IMG/VR virus record: IMGVR_UViG_3300000968_000001
Coordinates: 1 to 58,737 of that record
Direction: 5' to 3' (one strand)
DNA length: 58,737 bases
Origin: a virus
This document shows, in pieces, positions 26,981-37,500 of the stretch (the stretch's first letter is position 1; each line of letters opens with the position of its first letter). The position numbers and the translations under genes were made by a program. The notes below the pieces were generated by a model. The model saw only the letters and a list, made by a program, of their open reading frames with translations, had not been told where the DNA came from and did no database searches.

Positions 26981-27160
26981 ATGCCTAAATGCCCAATAGA
27001 CGGATGTAAAAAAACCTGCTCCTGCTCATGCAGAAAAGGGCGCGAGTGTGGGCTATTAAAGACGAAGTTAAACACTGAGAAAGTAATAGATAAAAAAGTA
27101 ATAGATAAAAAAATAATCTACTCCCCTAAGAATGGAGTGGTTCGACTTAAAAGAAAATAA
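26981..27160 (+). CDS. Small Cys-rich ORF (59 aa, MPKCPIDGCKKTCSCSCRKGRECG...)
   Basis: ATG 5 nt after the upstream stop; contains an in-frame 15-nt tandem duplication; just below the track cutoff. Confidence 0.3.
   Translation: MPKCPIDGCKKTCSCSCRKGRECGLLKTKLNTEKVIDKKVIDKKIIYSPKNGVVRLKRK
27081..27110 (+). repeat. Tandem duplication 2 x 15 nt (AAGTAATAGATAAAA), with a degenerate third unit
   Basis: Read directly from the sequence; encodes KVIDK-KVIDK in the small ORF frame. Confidence 0.85.
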
Positions 27161-27161
27161 T

Positions 27162-28127
27162 ATGAGTGAAACAGATTGCGGATGTTCAAAAGGGTATGCT
27201 AGTGCCAGTAATTCTAGCGCAACGAGTAATCCTACCAATAGCGTTGCGACTGGTAGCGTGGCAACAAATACCGTCAGCCCTGCATCAAATGTTGTGGTTA
27301 CTCCTCCAAGTGTTGTAGAGGAGTCAGTTGTTGAGAAGACTATTTATGCTACGAGTCCATCAGTTCCTACAGCAGATGCGGCAGTTAAGGTGACTACGCC
27401 ACCGATTCAATTAAAAGTATCGGATATTAATGGGTTTGGATATGACTTTAAAGTTGACCAAGTTGTCACTCAAGAAGTGAAGTCGTGCGGCATTAATCGT
27501 AAATGCACTCCCGCTATTGATTACGTCCCAGATTGGGCGCAGACGACCTTTTGTGCTGATGAGCTATCATTCATCGGTTATGATTCAAGCGGTGTTGTTG
27601 CTAAATTCTGTGGTGATGGAAAATACCTTAGCCACGTTGGAGATGGGGTCTTTGGATTAGTAGATGAGATTCCTCTTAAGGCTGAGTGCTTGTGGCACAA
27701 CACTACTACACTGAATGGAGGCGCGGCTATTGGTGATCCATTATGCTTCCCACATATAGCGATTACGGATGCAGAAGGAAACTTATGGAGTCAAAAACCG
27801 AAGCAAGGTCAGCAATCTATCTTAGTTGCTAATGGGGAAACAGGAGAGTGGTGTCAGCAGGATATTCGTGATGGAGGCTCATATGAGCAAGGCGCGATAG
27901 ATCAGTTTGAGGGAGGTATCGAGCTTGCAGGGTTTGAAGCTTCAGACTGCTTAGATGACGGATCATACCGTAAGCTAGGGACATTCAAGACAGACCTAGA
28001 GCAATTCCTCATGATTGGCACAAAAGTCCCATGTGACTTATACTCCACGGATTGTGAGCAAGGGTATAAATACGTAATGAACCCAATTAGTTTGGAGGAT
28101 CTGAAAGCTATGTTAGATGCGATGTAA
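27162..28127 (+). CDS. Cysteine-rich virion protein (starts MSETDCGCSKG)
   Basis: ORF 27132..28127; ATG 27162 follows the small ORF stop; about 12 Cys. Confidence 0.5.
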   Translation: MSETDCGCSKGYASASNSSATSNPTNSVATGSVATNTVSPASNVVVTPPSVVEESVVEKTIYATSPSVPTADAAVKVTTPPIQLKVSDINGFGYDFKVDQVVTQEVKSCGINRKCTPAIDYVPDWAQTTFCADELSFIGYDSSGVVAKFCGDGKYLSHVGDGVFGLVDEIPLKAECLWHNTTTLNGGAAIGDPLCFPHIAITDAEGNLWSQKPKQGQQSILVANGETGEWCQQDIRDGGSYEQGAIDQFEGGIELAGFEASDCLDDGSYRKLGTFKTDLEQFLMIGTKVPCDLYSTDCEQGYKYVMNPISLEDLKAMLDAM

Positions 28128-30055
28128 TGAGTAGTGCGCGTTCCATACTTGAGCTAGGCACTAGAGGTGTTGATATGCGAACTAATCCCTTTCAATTAGG
28201 GATTGGCAAGTTGGCATTCGCTCAGAATGCAGTCTTTGATGAATCAGAGGCGAGAACGCGCTTTGGATATAACTACCACAACTTAGGGTTATCAGGCAGA
28301 CTTCAAGATGCGATGGTAGTGAATCTAGGTAAAGGGATGTCTCGCGGCAAGTATGGTCATGATGTTGATGTATTGGTTATCGTTATTGATGGCAAAGCGT
28401 GGTTCCTGAGATCAGAAGTATTTTTTGAAGGCGACAAGAAGAGAGTTTCTTTCTGTTGCCCTCAAAGAATATGTGACCTCGAATGGGGGAGATGTGAGGA
28501 AGTCCGTATTAAACAGGTGGAGGACTACGTAGTATTCTACGGAAGGAATATTAAAACCTCATGGTGGAACGGAGAGGTGTGCGAAGTATCGCAAGGGATG
28601 GAAGACCGAGCTTGCTCTAATATAGATGAGCGATGTCATGAGCCAGAGAGTTTCTGTGATGAAGATATTAGAAACTGGATTCCTCATAATTTATGCAACG
28701 TAGCTTATGCTCACGGAAGAGCGCACGCACAGGTGGGGAATAACACAATTTACGTTGGCGACATGCTCCACAAGAGAGCTGAAGACAGAACATCGGACGT
28801 ATTAAAATTTAATGAGCAAGCACATGATTCGTATGGAGATCCTATTGGGGTTCCTAGTTCCAGTGGTTGTTATGTAACTTTAGAGAATTTCCCCGCGATG
28901 GGGACAGTTTATGGCGAGGGAGATATAGTGGGATACACAACGTGCGGGGGAATAGTTACCCACCCAACTAATATCTTTCCTCGCCAATCACGCTATACAG
29001 CACAGGGTGAGAATATCACAAAAGGATGGAAGTATCAGAAAATGGTTACTCGCATCGTGAATGCCGTCACCGCTGTTGGTTATAATGCTGTCACCGTTAC
29101 ACCTAGAGATCACTTCTTTGCTAGTGACTATGGCGTGCATTTCCTAACGCAAGTCACAGGCGAGGGGAGCTTTAACGATGAGACTACTAAGACGCTCTCA
29201 CAGGATATAGAGCCTCTTTATCGTATTGACTCACCAGCCCTCACGTATGGACGATCAACAGGGCATTGGTTGAATGGGAGCAGATTCTTCGTGACAGTAG
29301 GAATGGTTGAATCCGAGTGGAGCAACCTGCCAGTAGCTAAAGGATATGCTAGCATGAACCAAGCCTTAACCTACACAGAGGATAGAACGCCTTTACCCGT
29401 ATGGGAGGGGCTACACACGGTTGATGAGGATATGGTAATTCATAAGTTCCTCGCATCGACTAAGGTTGATTACCGTGGAGCATACGGATTCTTAGCTAGT
29501 TCTAGTGATGGATCACTTTACTTTGCTGAAATGTGTGAGGACTTAACTCATGACGTTAGAGATGACGAAGAGATCCCGATTGAATGGGAAATCGAAACAG
29601 GGAAGACTATTGCAAATAGGTTCATGAAGACCTCTATCGTTAATGATGGCACATTGCGTTATATTACGGATGATGCCGACCTAGACCTATCTATAATGAC
29701 GCGAACGTCTCATTCATGCAACTGGAAGAACTGGCGCACAATGGATGTATGCGCTGATAAGATAGATGAAAGAGGCAGAGTTATCTCTGTAGCTACATTA
29801 GGTCAACCTCCAAAGGATTACCGTGAGAACGCATGGGCACAGTATCGCATTCAAGGGCGCGGGTATGCTGAGATTGAGAGCTTCCAAGTGTGGTATGAAG
29901 ATGGAACACAGATAAAATCTAAAAATTATTGTAAGTGCGCGGGCGAGCGAGTCCGTGACTATAGGAATTGTCTTGGCATAAACGACAAGGCATTGTATAA
30001 GAAACCAAGCGAGTGTAAAGATCCACTAAAATTAGAAGAACCCTGCACCTGCTAA
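28127..30055 (+). CDS. Cysteine-rich virion protein (642 aa, ends ...EEPCTC)
   Basis: About 20 Cys including CCPQRIC..RCEE; TAATG overlap with the upstream gene. Confidence 0.5.
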   Translation: MSSARSILELGTRGVDMRTNPFQLGIGKLAFAQNAVFDESEARTRFGYNYHNLGLSGRLQDAMVVNLGKGMSRGKYGHDVDVLVIVIDGKAWFLRSEVFFEGDKKRVSFCCPQRICDLEWGRCEEVRIKQVEDYVVFYGRNIKTSWWNGEVCEVSQGMEDRACSNIDERCHEPESFCDEDIRNWIPHNLCNVAYAHGRAHAQVGNNTIYVGDMLHKRAEDRTSDVLKFNEQAHDSYGDPIGVPSSSGCYVTLENFPAMGTVYGEGDIVGYTTCGGIVTHPTNIFPRQSRYTAQGENITKGWKYQKMVTRIVNAVTAVGYNAVTVTPRDHFFASDYGVHFLTQVTGEGSFNDETTKTLSQDIEPLYRIDSPALTYGRSTGHWLNGSRFFVTVGMVESEWSNLPVAKGYASMNQALTYTEDRTPLPVWEGLHTVDEDMVIHKFLASTKVDYRGAYGFLASSSDGSLYFAEMCEDLTHDVRDDEEIPIEWEIETGKTIANRFMKTSIVNDGTLRYITDDADLDLSIMTRTSHSCNWKNWRTMDVCADKIDERGRVISVATLGQPPKDYRENAWAQYRIQGRGYAEIESFQVWYEDGTQIKSKNYCKCAGERVRDYRNCLGINDKALYKKPSECKDPLKLEEPCTC

Positions 30056-30094
30056 AAACTATTTAACGCACGTCGTGATGATGTCCGTAATAAA

Positions 30095-31138
30095 ATGACA
30101 ACTACATATAATCCAACTACCTTTGGAAAGTTACTCTCTTGGATAGCTAAAGAGAACGTAACTGGTCTAAACTTGGAAGATGACAGAGAAGAGTTAGTAG
30201 AGATCGGAAACTTAATTCGTGAGTTCTGGTATAACCAGTATCACAACATATCCCTCTTTGATAACTACATGACCTGTCACAAGGTAGAGTGCTACCCTCT
30301 TGACTGTGGCGACCCTACGAAATGTTGCCACAATCAGTATTGGGGGATTACCGCCCCTGCTGATTTAGCGGGGATAGAGGAGGCTTGGTATAACAAGAAG
30401 CCTCTTTATACTCGATCCCGATGGTGGGAAGGAAAGGAAGGTCTTGTCTCACAAGGGTATGGAGACATGCAAATTGTTCCGATGGATCAAGAGTCGCCAT
30501 TGCGTCACCCTCTCAAATCATGCTCTAAGCTAACGATCCACACTCAGAAGAGATGCGATGACGGGAAAGACTTCGTTATCGAAGGGACGATCTTAACAGC
30601 TAGAGGGGAAGTAGAAGAAGTTGAGGATTATGAGATTAATGATGTCTTAGTTGGCGGCAAGAAGATTGAAACACCTGTTCAGTTCATGAATGTCACGAGC
30701 ATTATTATGCCAGAAGACCTAGAGGGTTATGTGCGTATCTTAGATGAAGATGGAAAGCTCCTAGTCAAGATTGACAGAGGTAACTATATCCCACGTCACA
30801 GACGCTATAAGATCACGGTTGATGGATGCAGTTGCGGTGATGACTGCAAGCCTGTTGGTCACGTAGCGGTCAAAGGCACAAGACAGTTTAGAGATTTATA
30901 TGACGATAACGACATTGTTGAGATTGGCTCACGCAGAATCATTCAACACCTAGCACGCATGGTTGTTAAGGAAGACTCTGATGATGATAAGGAACAAGCG
31001 ATTGCTAACCTAAACAGATCGAGAGCCTTAGATGAAATGCTAGGATTAGTGGAGCGATACCAAGCACAGCAAGATCAAGACCGCCCTAGACGATACAACA
31101 GAAGAAGAGATTACCACACAAAGATATGGAGACGATAA
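30095..31138 (+). CDS. Cysteine-rich virion protein (347 aa)
   Basis: CHKVECYPLDCGDPTKCCHNQ and DGCSCGDDCKP clusters; basic C-terminus. Confidence 0.5.
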   Translation: MTTTYNPTTFGKLLSWIAKENVTGLNLEDDREELVEIGNLIREFWYNQYHNISLFDNYMTCHKVECYPLDCGDPTKCCHNQYWGITAPADLAGIEEAWYNKKPLYTRSRWWEGKEGLVSQGYGDMQIVPMDQESPLRHPLKSCSKLTIHTQKRCDDGKDFVIEGTILTARGEVEEVEDYEINDVLVGGKKIETPVQFMNVTSIIMPEDLEGYVRILDEDGKLLVKIDRGNYIPRHRRYKITVDGCSCGDDCKPVGHVAVKGTRQFRDLYDDNDIVEIGSRRIIQHLARMVVKEDSDDDKEQAIANLNRSRALDEMLGLVERYQAQQDQDRPRRYNRRRDYHTKIWRR

Positions 31139-31554
31139 AGCCAAAAGTATTACCAATTAATAATTTAGAGAGCATTGAGGAATTAGTATATCAATACTTA
31201 GAGAAGAATGATCTTCTTCAATACGCTGATCTTCAAAAGGTGATGGCTAATATAGCGATAGGTCAAACTCGCAAAACATCTATCACCTTGGTGGATGATA
31301 TTAATGAGCCGACTTGCTTCTATTGGGCGGGGATTGTCCCTAAGCCAATACTCGTAACAGAGATGGTGGAGTTGATTTCTATGGGGGCATGGGTTGAGGA
31401 CGAATCTCAGATGGATGCTTTAATGGAGTCGATGAAGCGAAAGGCAAAGCTTCGGGGTGTGACTAATTTCTTTGTGAGCGATCACTACCCTTTCAGCTTA
31501 CTGGATGACTCTGAATACGAAGAGTTTGAAACTGCAAAGATGATTAAGCTATGA
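31126..31554 (+). CDS. Hypothetical virion-module protein (142 aa)
   Basis: ATG ORF overlapping both neighbours. Confidence 0.5.
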   Translation: METIKPKVLPINNLESIEELVYQYLEKNDLLQYADLQKVMANIAIGQTRKTSITLVDDINEPTCFYWAGIVPKPILVTEMVELISMGAWVEDESQMDALMESMKRKAKLRGVTNFFVSDHYPFSLLDDSEYEEFETAKMIKL

Positions 31555-32783
31555 TATTTTTCGGAGATCCAGCAACGAATCCACTAGGAGCGCGATGTGT
31601 AAATATGCGCTTTCAAGTAGCGAGTTCCAATTCGAATAATACTTACGAAACCGACTACGAAGAAGCGGCTCAAGTTTGGGCTGATTACTATGGAGGGTCA
31701 TACAATGATTACCTAGCATCTCAACAAGGCTTTAATGCTGGTCAATGGTTAGAGCAAGCGACATACGCGACAACTGTATTTGGTCTTCAGTGGATTTTAG
31801 AAAAGAACCGTATTGATGACAGGGCTGAGAAGTTCGAGGAGATGCGTGAGGCTATTGTAGCATGTGGAGATGCCTTCTGCGATGAGGCAGAAGAGTTACT
31901 TAATACGCTAGATGAGAACGCCCCATCAACACCGCAAGCAGCTGAATATGTTCCTGTGGATTGTTGTGAAGTTTTCCGTGATACGATTGCGTGCAATATC
32001 CAGAATTGCGACTTAGCGGAAGAGTTGGCAGACTTAGTGAATAGTAAGCACTTAGAGAAGGACATCGAACGCATGATGTTCATTGATAATAAGTATCAAG
32101 AGAAAGCGGATCTTATTAGCTGTCAGGTAGCAGATTTACTTAATGGAAAGCTACCAACCTCAGACCAAGTAGAGAGCGCGGAAGACTCTTGCGGTCGTGC
32201 GATGTATGCGGGCAGCTTGGGAGGTGCGTGTAGAACTAGACGACAAGACTTGGGCATCTCAGAGTTGAGAGCGAACAGAGAAGGTTTTGAGCGTGAACTA
32301 GCATTCAGACAGAGCAATGATAGAATTTCACCCATTGAGAGGCAGTTTGACTTGCGATCTACGCATAAGAATCCAGCACAGGCGATGCAATGGGCGTTAC
32401 TCCAAGCGGAACTAATTCAGCAGTCACTACAGAATGTGTATAACCTAGCTGCGGTTCCAGACCCCACTATCTTTGATCGGATTAATGCGAGACTAGCTAA
32501 GACGACTACTAATCTTAATACGTGCTTAGCGGCGGCTACCACAAGAAGTAACGAGGTAATTAATCTAAACGCTTTCGCGCAACCATTAATCAGTACAATC
32601 GCTTCGGGTGTTCAAGGGCTTACAGGAGTAGGCATCAACTCATTCAACAACCAAAACAGTCAACTACAGCAACAGCAGGTAGCAACTACAGGATCAGGAG
32701 TCGTCCAGAGATTCGGTTCAGATCCTTATATTCAGGACAGGGCTACATACGGTTTAGATAGCGGAAAAGGAATAGTATTCTAA
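31551..32783 (+). CDS. Hypothetical virion-module protein (410 aa)
   Basis: ATGA overlap with the upstream gene; Gln-rich C-terminus. Confidence 0.5.
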   Translation: MIFFGDPATNPLGARCVNMRFQVASSNSNNTYETDYEEAAQVWADYYGGSYNDYLASQQGFNAGQWLEQATYATTVFGLQWILEKNRIDDRAEKFEEMREAIVACGDAFCDEAEELLNTLDENAPSTPQAAEYVPVDCCEVFRDTIACNIQNCDLAEELADLVNSKHLEKDIERMMFIDNKYQEKADLISCQVADLLNGKLPTSDQVESAEDSCGRAMYAGSLGGACRTRRQDLGISELRANREGFERELAFRQSNDRISPIERQFDLRSTHKNPAQAMQWALLQAELIQQSLQNVYNLAAVPDPTIFDRINARLAKTTTNLNTCLAAATTRSNEVINLNAFAQPLISTIASGVQGLTGVGINSFNNQNSQLQQQQVATTGSGVVQRFGSDPYIQDRATYGLDSGKGIVF

Positions 32784-32785
32784 TT

Positions 32786-33655
32786 ATGTTAAACGAGACT
32801 TTCAACTTCCTACAAGTGCAACAGCAAGAGCCGATAACCAACTCGGATTTGTTTCAATTTGGCGTGCCTGATATATCCGATTTACCAGGTGTTCAACGCT
32901 TAGAATCTGCACGTCAAGAGGCGCAACAAACTCGACAGATAGAAGAGAATATCCGTCAGCAAGAGGCGTTTAATTTTCAACAACAAGAAGATCAATTGCA
33001 GTTTGACCAACCTAACACAGAGATGTTCAGATTTGATGATAACAATCACCAATCAAGATTGCGTAATGCGAGCGGGGTTGATGCGCCTAGTAGTGGCAGT
33101 AGCAGTAGGTCAAGAGGAGCGGAGGACTTCGCATCGTTCACGTTTGAACGGGAAGCTCAACGAGATTCTAAAGGCCGACTCAAAGTTTTTACACCACCTA
33201 GCGGAGATGGCGGAGGAGCTTTTGAAGTCGCAGGGATAACCGCAAAGTTTCAACCTAAAGAGGCAGCCAGACTTAAGAGTCTTATTGAGGCAGGTAATCA
33301 TGATCAAGCCGAGAGGGAGGCTAAAGCGTTCTACGCTAAGCGAGCAGCACCTTTCATTAAACACACTAACAATGAAGGAATTAAGCTTCAATTAGCAGAT
33401 ACAGTTCATCATCGCGGAGAGGGTGGCCTCCGTAAGATTCTTCAGAAAGCTACAGGAAGTAGCAGTAAATCACATGCTCAACTAATTTCATCACTATCAA
33501 ATGATCCTAAAGCATTGAGTAAATTCAATAAAGCTAGGAACGACTATGAATGGAATGAAATAGATAGAGGAAGAGCATCAAGGAAGAAATTCAGAAAGGG
33601 CTTACAAAACCGTTTTAACAAGGCGCATCAGGCAGCATTAAACTTACAAGGATAA
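32786..33655 (+). CDS. Virion protein with a GH108-like (lysozyme-like) domain
   Basis: FTFEREAQRD..GDGGGAFEVAGIT...LADTVHHRGEGGLRKILQKATG resembles the GH108 pattern (hEGG...D.GG.T..GI...lfD.avn.G...a.k.lQ.a.G). Confidence 0.4.
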   Translation: MLNETFNFLQVQQQEPITNSDLFQFGVPDISDLPGVQRLESARQEAQQTRQIEENIRQQEAFNFQQQEDQLQFDQPNTEMFRFDDNNHQSRLRNASGVDAPSSGSSSRSRGAEDFASFTFEREAQRDSKGRLKVFTPPSGDGGGAFEVAGITAKFQPKEAARLKSLIEAGNHDQAEREAKAFYAKRAAPFIKHTNNEGIKLQLADTVHHRGEGGLRKILQKATGSSSKSHAQLISSLSNDPKALSKFNKARNDYEWNEIDRGRASRKKFRKGLQNRFNKAHQAALNLQG

Positions 33656-33661
33656 AACATC

Positions 33662-34582
33662 ATGTTATCAACAGGAAATATATTTAACTTCGGAGGATCG
33701 AGAGACTTTAGTAACATCTTGTTACAAGCAGGGAAGAACATCTCTAACGCAACGAGCATTGGCGCATCACTCATTAAGGATTCGTCAGCAAGAGAAGCGG
33801 CACAAGAAGCAATGTCGTTTAAGGCTGCACTCAACGAGCAGTCTAGGATTGACGCAAAGGAGCAAGAAGATTTCAATCGATTTAAATCGGAAAGACAATT
33901 CAACTTTGATGTCTTTAGAGACGGAAGAGATCATGGATTCGACTTCCATAAATTCAACAACCTAAGTGCAGGGCAAAGGCTTCAAGGTCAACTTAGTCGT
34001 GAGTCCGTAGCGGCAGCTAATTTAAGGCAGTTTGGCTCTCAAGCGCACACGGAGAGAATGGCCGTGATAAATAGGGAGAATCAAATTACCGTTGATAATA
34101 ACAGGAAGGGTAATGAACAGGATTTACTGAAGACGAAAAATAAAAATGCTATATCCTTAAGGAAAGAGGAAGAGGAGAAGAAGCGAAAACTCAACCAAGC
34201 AATTGCGGGATTAAATAACCCAGACTCCACGCCCGAACAAAGAGAGGTTTACACTCAGACTATAATTAATGAAGCTAGTCCTTCTCAAGTAAATCAAGCA
34301 ACTAAACCGCGAGAAAGCAACTCCTTTTCTCCAGATAAAGCTCAATTGAAAATAAGAGAATTAAGCACTACTATCCAAGAGATGGAAGAGAATAGACCAG
34401 ATGAACCTTCATCAGCATGGATAACCGACCTCGCTGAAAAGAAGGGAGAGTTACAATCCTTAATGTCAACCCTGAACACTGGAAGTGAGCCATCATCGCC
34501 GTCAAGAGCAGGAGTTATTTCAGGCCAGCAAGCAGGAGCATCGGCACAACAATCAGATTCAACGCCAGCCTTTAATTTCTAA
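33662..34582 (+). CDS. Hypothetical internal virion protein (306 aa)
   Basis: ATG ORF, polar and low-complexity, overlaps the next gene start. Confidence 0.5.
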   Translation: MLSTGNIFNFGGSRDFSNILLQAGKNISNATSIGASLIKDSSAREAAQEAMSFKAALNEQSRIDAKEQEDFNRFKSERQFNFDVFRDGRDHGFDFHKFNNLSAGQRLQGQLSRESVAAANLRQFGSQAHTERMAVINRENQITVDNNRKGNEQDLLKTKNKNAISLRKEEEEKKRKLNQAIAGLNNPDSTPEQREVYTQTIINEASPSQVNQATKPRESNSFSPDKAQLKIRELSTTIQEMEENRPDEPSSAWITDLAEKKGELQSLMSTLNTGSEPSSPSRAGVISGQQAGASAQQSDSTPAFNF

Positions 34583-37500
34583 TGCCTATAACACAATGGA
34601 GCGATGTCGTTAATAGCGATAAGTGGAGAAATGGAGACTACAACTTCAAGAGGGAAACCATGTCTAACTATATGGAATACTATAGAGAGAATGGAGATCC
34701 AGAGACGATCCCACAAGCTGAAGAGAACTTCTCTGTGCAATTTGAAGCACTAGATAAGGCTCACCCAGACTTCCTGAAAGGAGCAGAAGGAGCTAGTGCG
34801 AAAGCGGAAAAATTCAACATTGGTCAGGAATTACTACCTCTACACACATTGGCAAACGCTCCATTACGAGGTGAGATTCAGCCAGATTCTGAAGGTCGTA
34901 GGAATTTAGGCTTCAGTGGCAGAGAGGACGAGAAGATAGAGGCTCATAACAATGCGATACTCGCAGACCAAGAGGCATACTCACAAAAGCTAGAATCCTT
35001 AGGGATAGATGAGGAGCAAGCTAATGTATTGGTCGAGGACTACAAAAGGCTATCATGGAATAGTGATCAAACAGGGGGTGTCAACGCAACCATAGATAGC
35101 GATGGGTTTATATCATTCAATCCTGCTAAGATATTATTCGATGGAGGTCTTCAGAGTATTGAGGAAGAAATCAATTCATTAGACACATTAGATACAGCGA
35201 AGCAACATGCGATCAAGAGGGCAAGGCAAAGTCAAGAAAGTCAACTTGCCGCATTGGAGAAGGATTATCATGATTTAAATAAATCAGCTGATGACTTAGG
35301 ATTTATCTCTCAAAACGGCATAGCTAAACTAGGCTTTAATAAGCAAAGTGCTAATGTAGGTATTCTCGGCGAAGTGAATAGGAAGGTTGAAGAGGGGATG
35401 TCCGTAAGGGATGCCATCAAGAAGGTTGCAGAAGAGCAGGATACTAAACTGGAATCAGCCCAAGCTGGTGCAGAGTCTGGATTACTAGGCATAAGCAACA
35501 CACCTCATGGGTTATTTACATTATTCACAGGAAAGAAGACCAAGACGGGGGAGTTCGTTTCAAATCAAGACGCTTTCACACAAAAAATAAGAAGTGGGGT
35601 TAGCGATACCAATTCATTATTCTTTGATGTCATAAAAGCTGGAACGGAGGCTATACCTCAGGTTGGCTTAGGATTAGCGGGAGGAGGAATTACAAGCGTA
35701 GCTTTAATGTCTGCTGCTCAGTCTGCTTCGGGAACAGCGTCAGATATACGATATTCAGAGGAAATTGAAACCGCGCTAGCTAATGGCGAATTAACAGAGG
35801 AAGAGGTTACTAGGACAATTCGTGAATCAGGAGCATCCACTGGAGTTGTGACGGCATCGTTAGGATTTATATTTAGAGGAGGAACAGAATCTTTTGCAAC
35901 ACAAGGAGTCAAGAGCCAAGTTAAGTCTCTAGTTCAGGACAATATTAAAAGCAATATAGCTAAAGGGGTAGGGAAAACTGCATTAAAGACCTTATCGGGT
36001 GCGGGAGATGAAGCTATCGAGGAGGCTATAGATAGTGCTTTCCAGTTCGCTATTACAGAGAATGCTAAAGGCAATAACCCAGACTGGACGCAATTCACCA
36101 CAGACCTTCCAAGGACGATGGTAGTGGCTAGTATATTAGGTGGAACCTTTGAAGGGTCTAGTGTTGGATTGAACTCCAATACTTGGAATGCTAAAGAAGC
36201 TCAGGCATCTATAGGCCAACTACAAGAGGAGGCTAGAAATCCCTCACCTGTAACCAATGACCAGACCACGACAGAGGAGGAGAGCGTAAGTGAGGCACCC
36301 GTAACGCAAACCCAAGCGGAATCACTAGGGAAAGGCGAGGGGGCTACTATCACAGATCCTACAGAGCTAATCCGAGCAAACAGAGAGAGCGCGGAAAGAG
36401 GCTCACAGGTGAGAGATGCGTCAGCTAGGTTACTCGATGTGCAGAGCGAAGCCGATTTAGGATCATTGGATTCTGAGGTGGACTTCATTGCAGAAGAGGA
36501 GATCGAGAATGTGTCGCAAGCGCAAGAGACGCTAGACTTAATTACAGATAACGATGGCAACCCTGTAGAGGGAGTAGAGCCAGCGAAAGTAGAAGCTTTA
36601 AAACAATACATAAATGAGCAATCAGAAGGAACTAGCGGAGACGCTAATCAAGAACGGAACAGTGGAGACGGTAATGCAGATCCAGTCCTCGAAACCAACA
36701 CCCAAGAAAACAGCGATCAAGTTACTGATGGAGAAGGGGTTGAAACGGAAGGACGCGCAGATGCTATACAACAAGACTTATCAGGAGTTCGACAGGAAAC
36801 GGAAAGCGCGAGCCAAGTTGATGACATACCAGCAGCCACCAACCCAAGTAATTCTTTAGATGACGTTCAGCCCAGAGACACAGAATCAACTCAACCAGTG
36901 GCAGAAGCCGTGGATGGAGGTGCTACGCCAACTACGCAGGAGGTGGTCACTCCTCCCGCCCAAGAAGCAGAATCAATACAAGCAGATGAAAGCGGAACTG
37001 GAACAAGCGGAGAGGTTGATCAATCACTAGAGGGGGAAGCTATTTCGGTTGAGGCTAATCAGGATGCGGGTTCAACTCCTGTCGCCTCCACTAAGACAGC
37101 CTCAGAAGTTCAGGTTGGTGATACGGTGGTTACTAATGATGGTATAAAACATTTGGTAAGAGGGGTCATCCCTCAAGAGAACGGAGATTTGGAATTGGAT
37201 TTCACTGACCCAAGTAACATCACAGTAAGTCCTGATTCACAGGTAAAAATACAACCCTCCGACTTCACAGACAGGAAGATTAGTGGGAATAATAATTCAC
37301 TAGGTATAGTCTCCCCTACAATGGCAGAAATCCTTACTGTTGAACCTGTTGCTGATAATTCTAAAAATAGATTACAGAGAGGTCTTCCGCCCAATCCAAA
37401 TTCAGCGACAAAGCTACAGAAGCGTGTTCATTTCTTCGAGTCTATTTTATTTAAAAATGGCAGATTGCCTATTTCCACGAGAAAGGAACTAGCAGACTTG

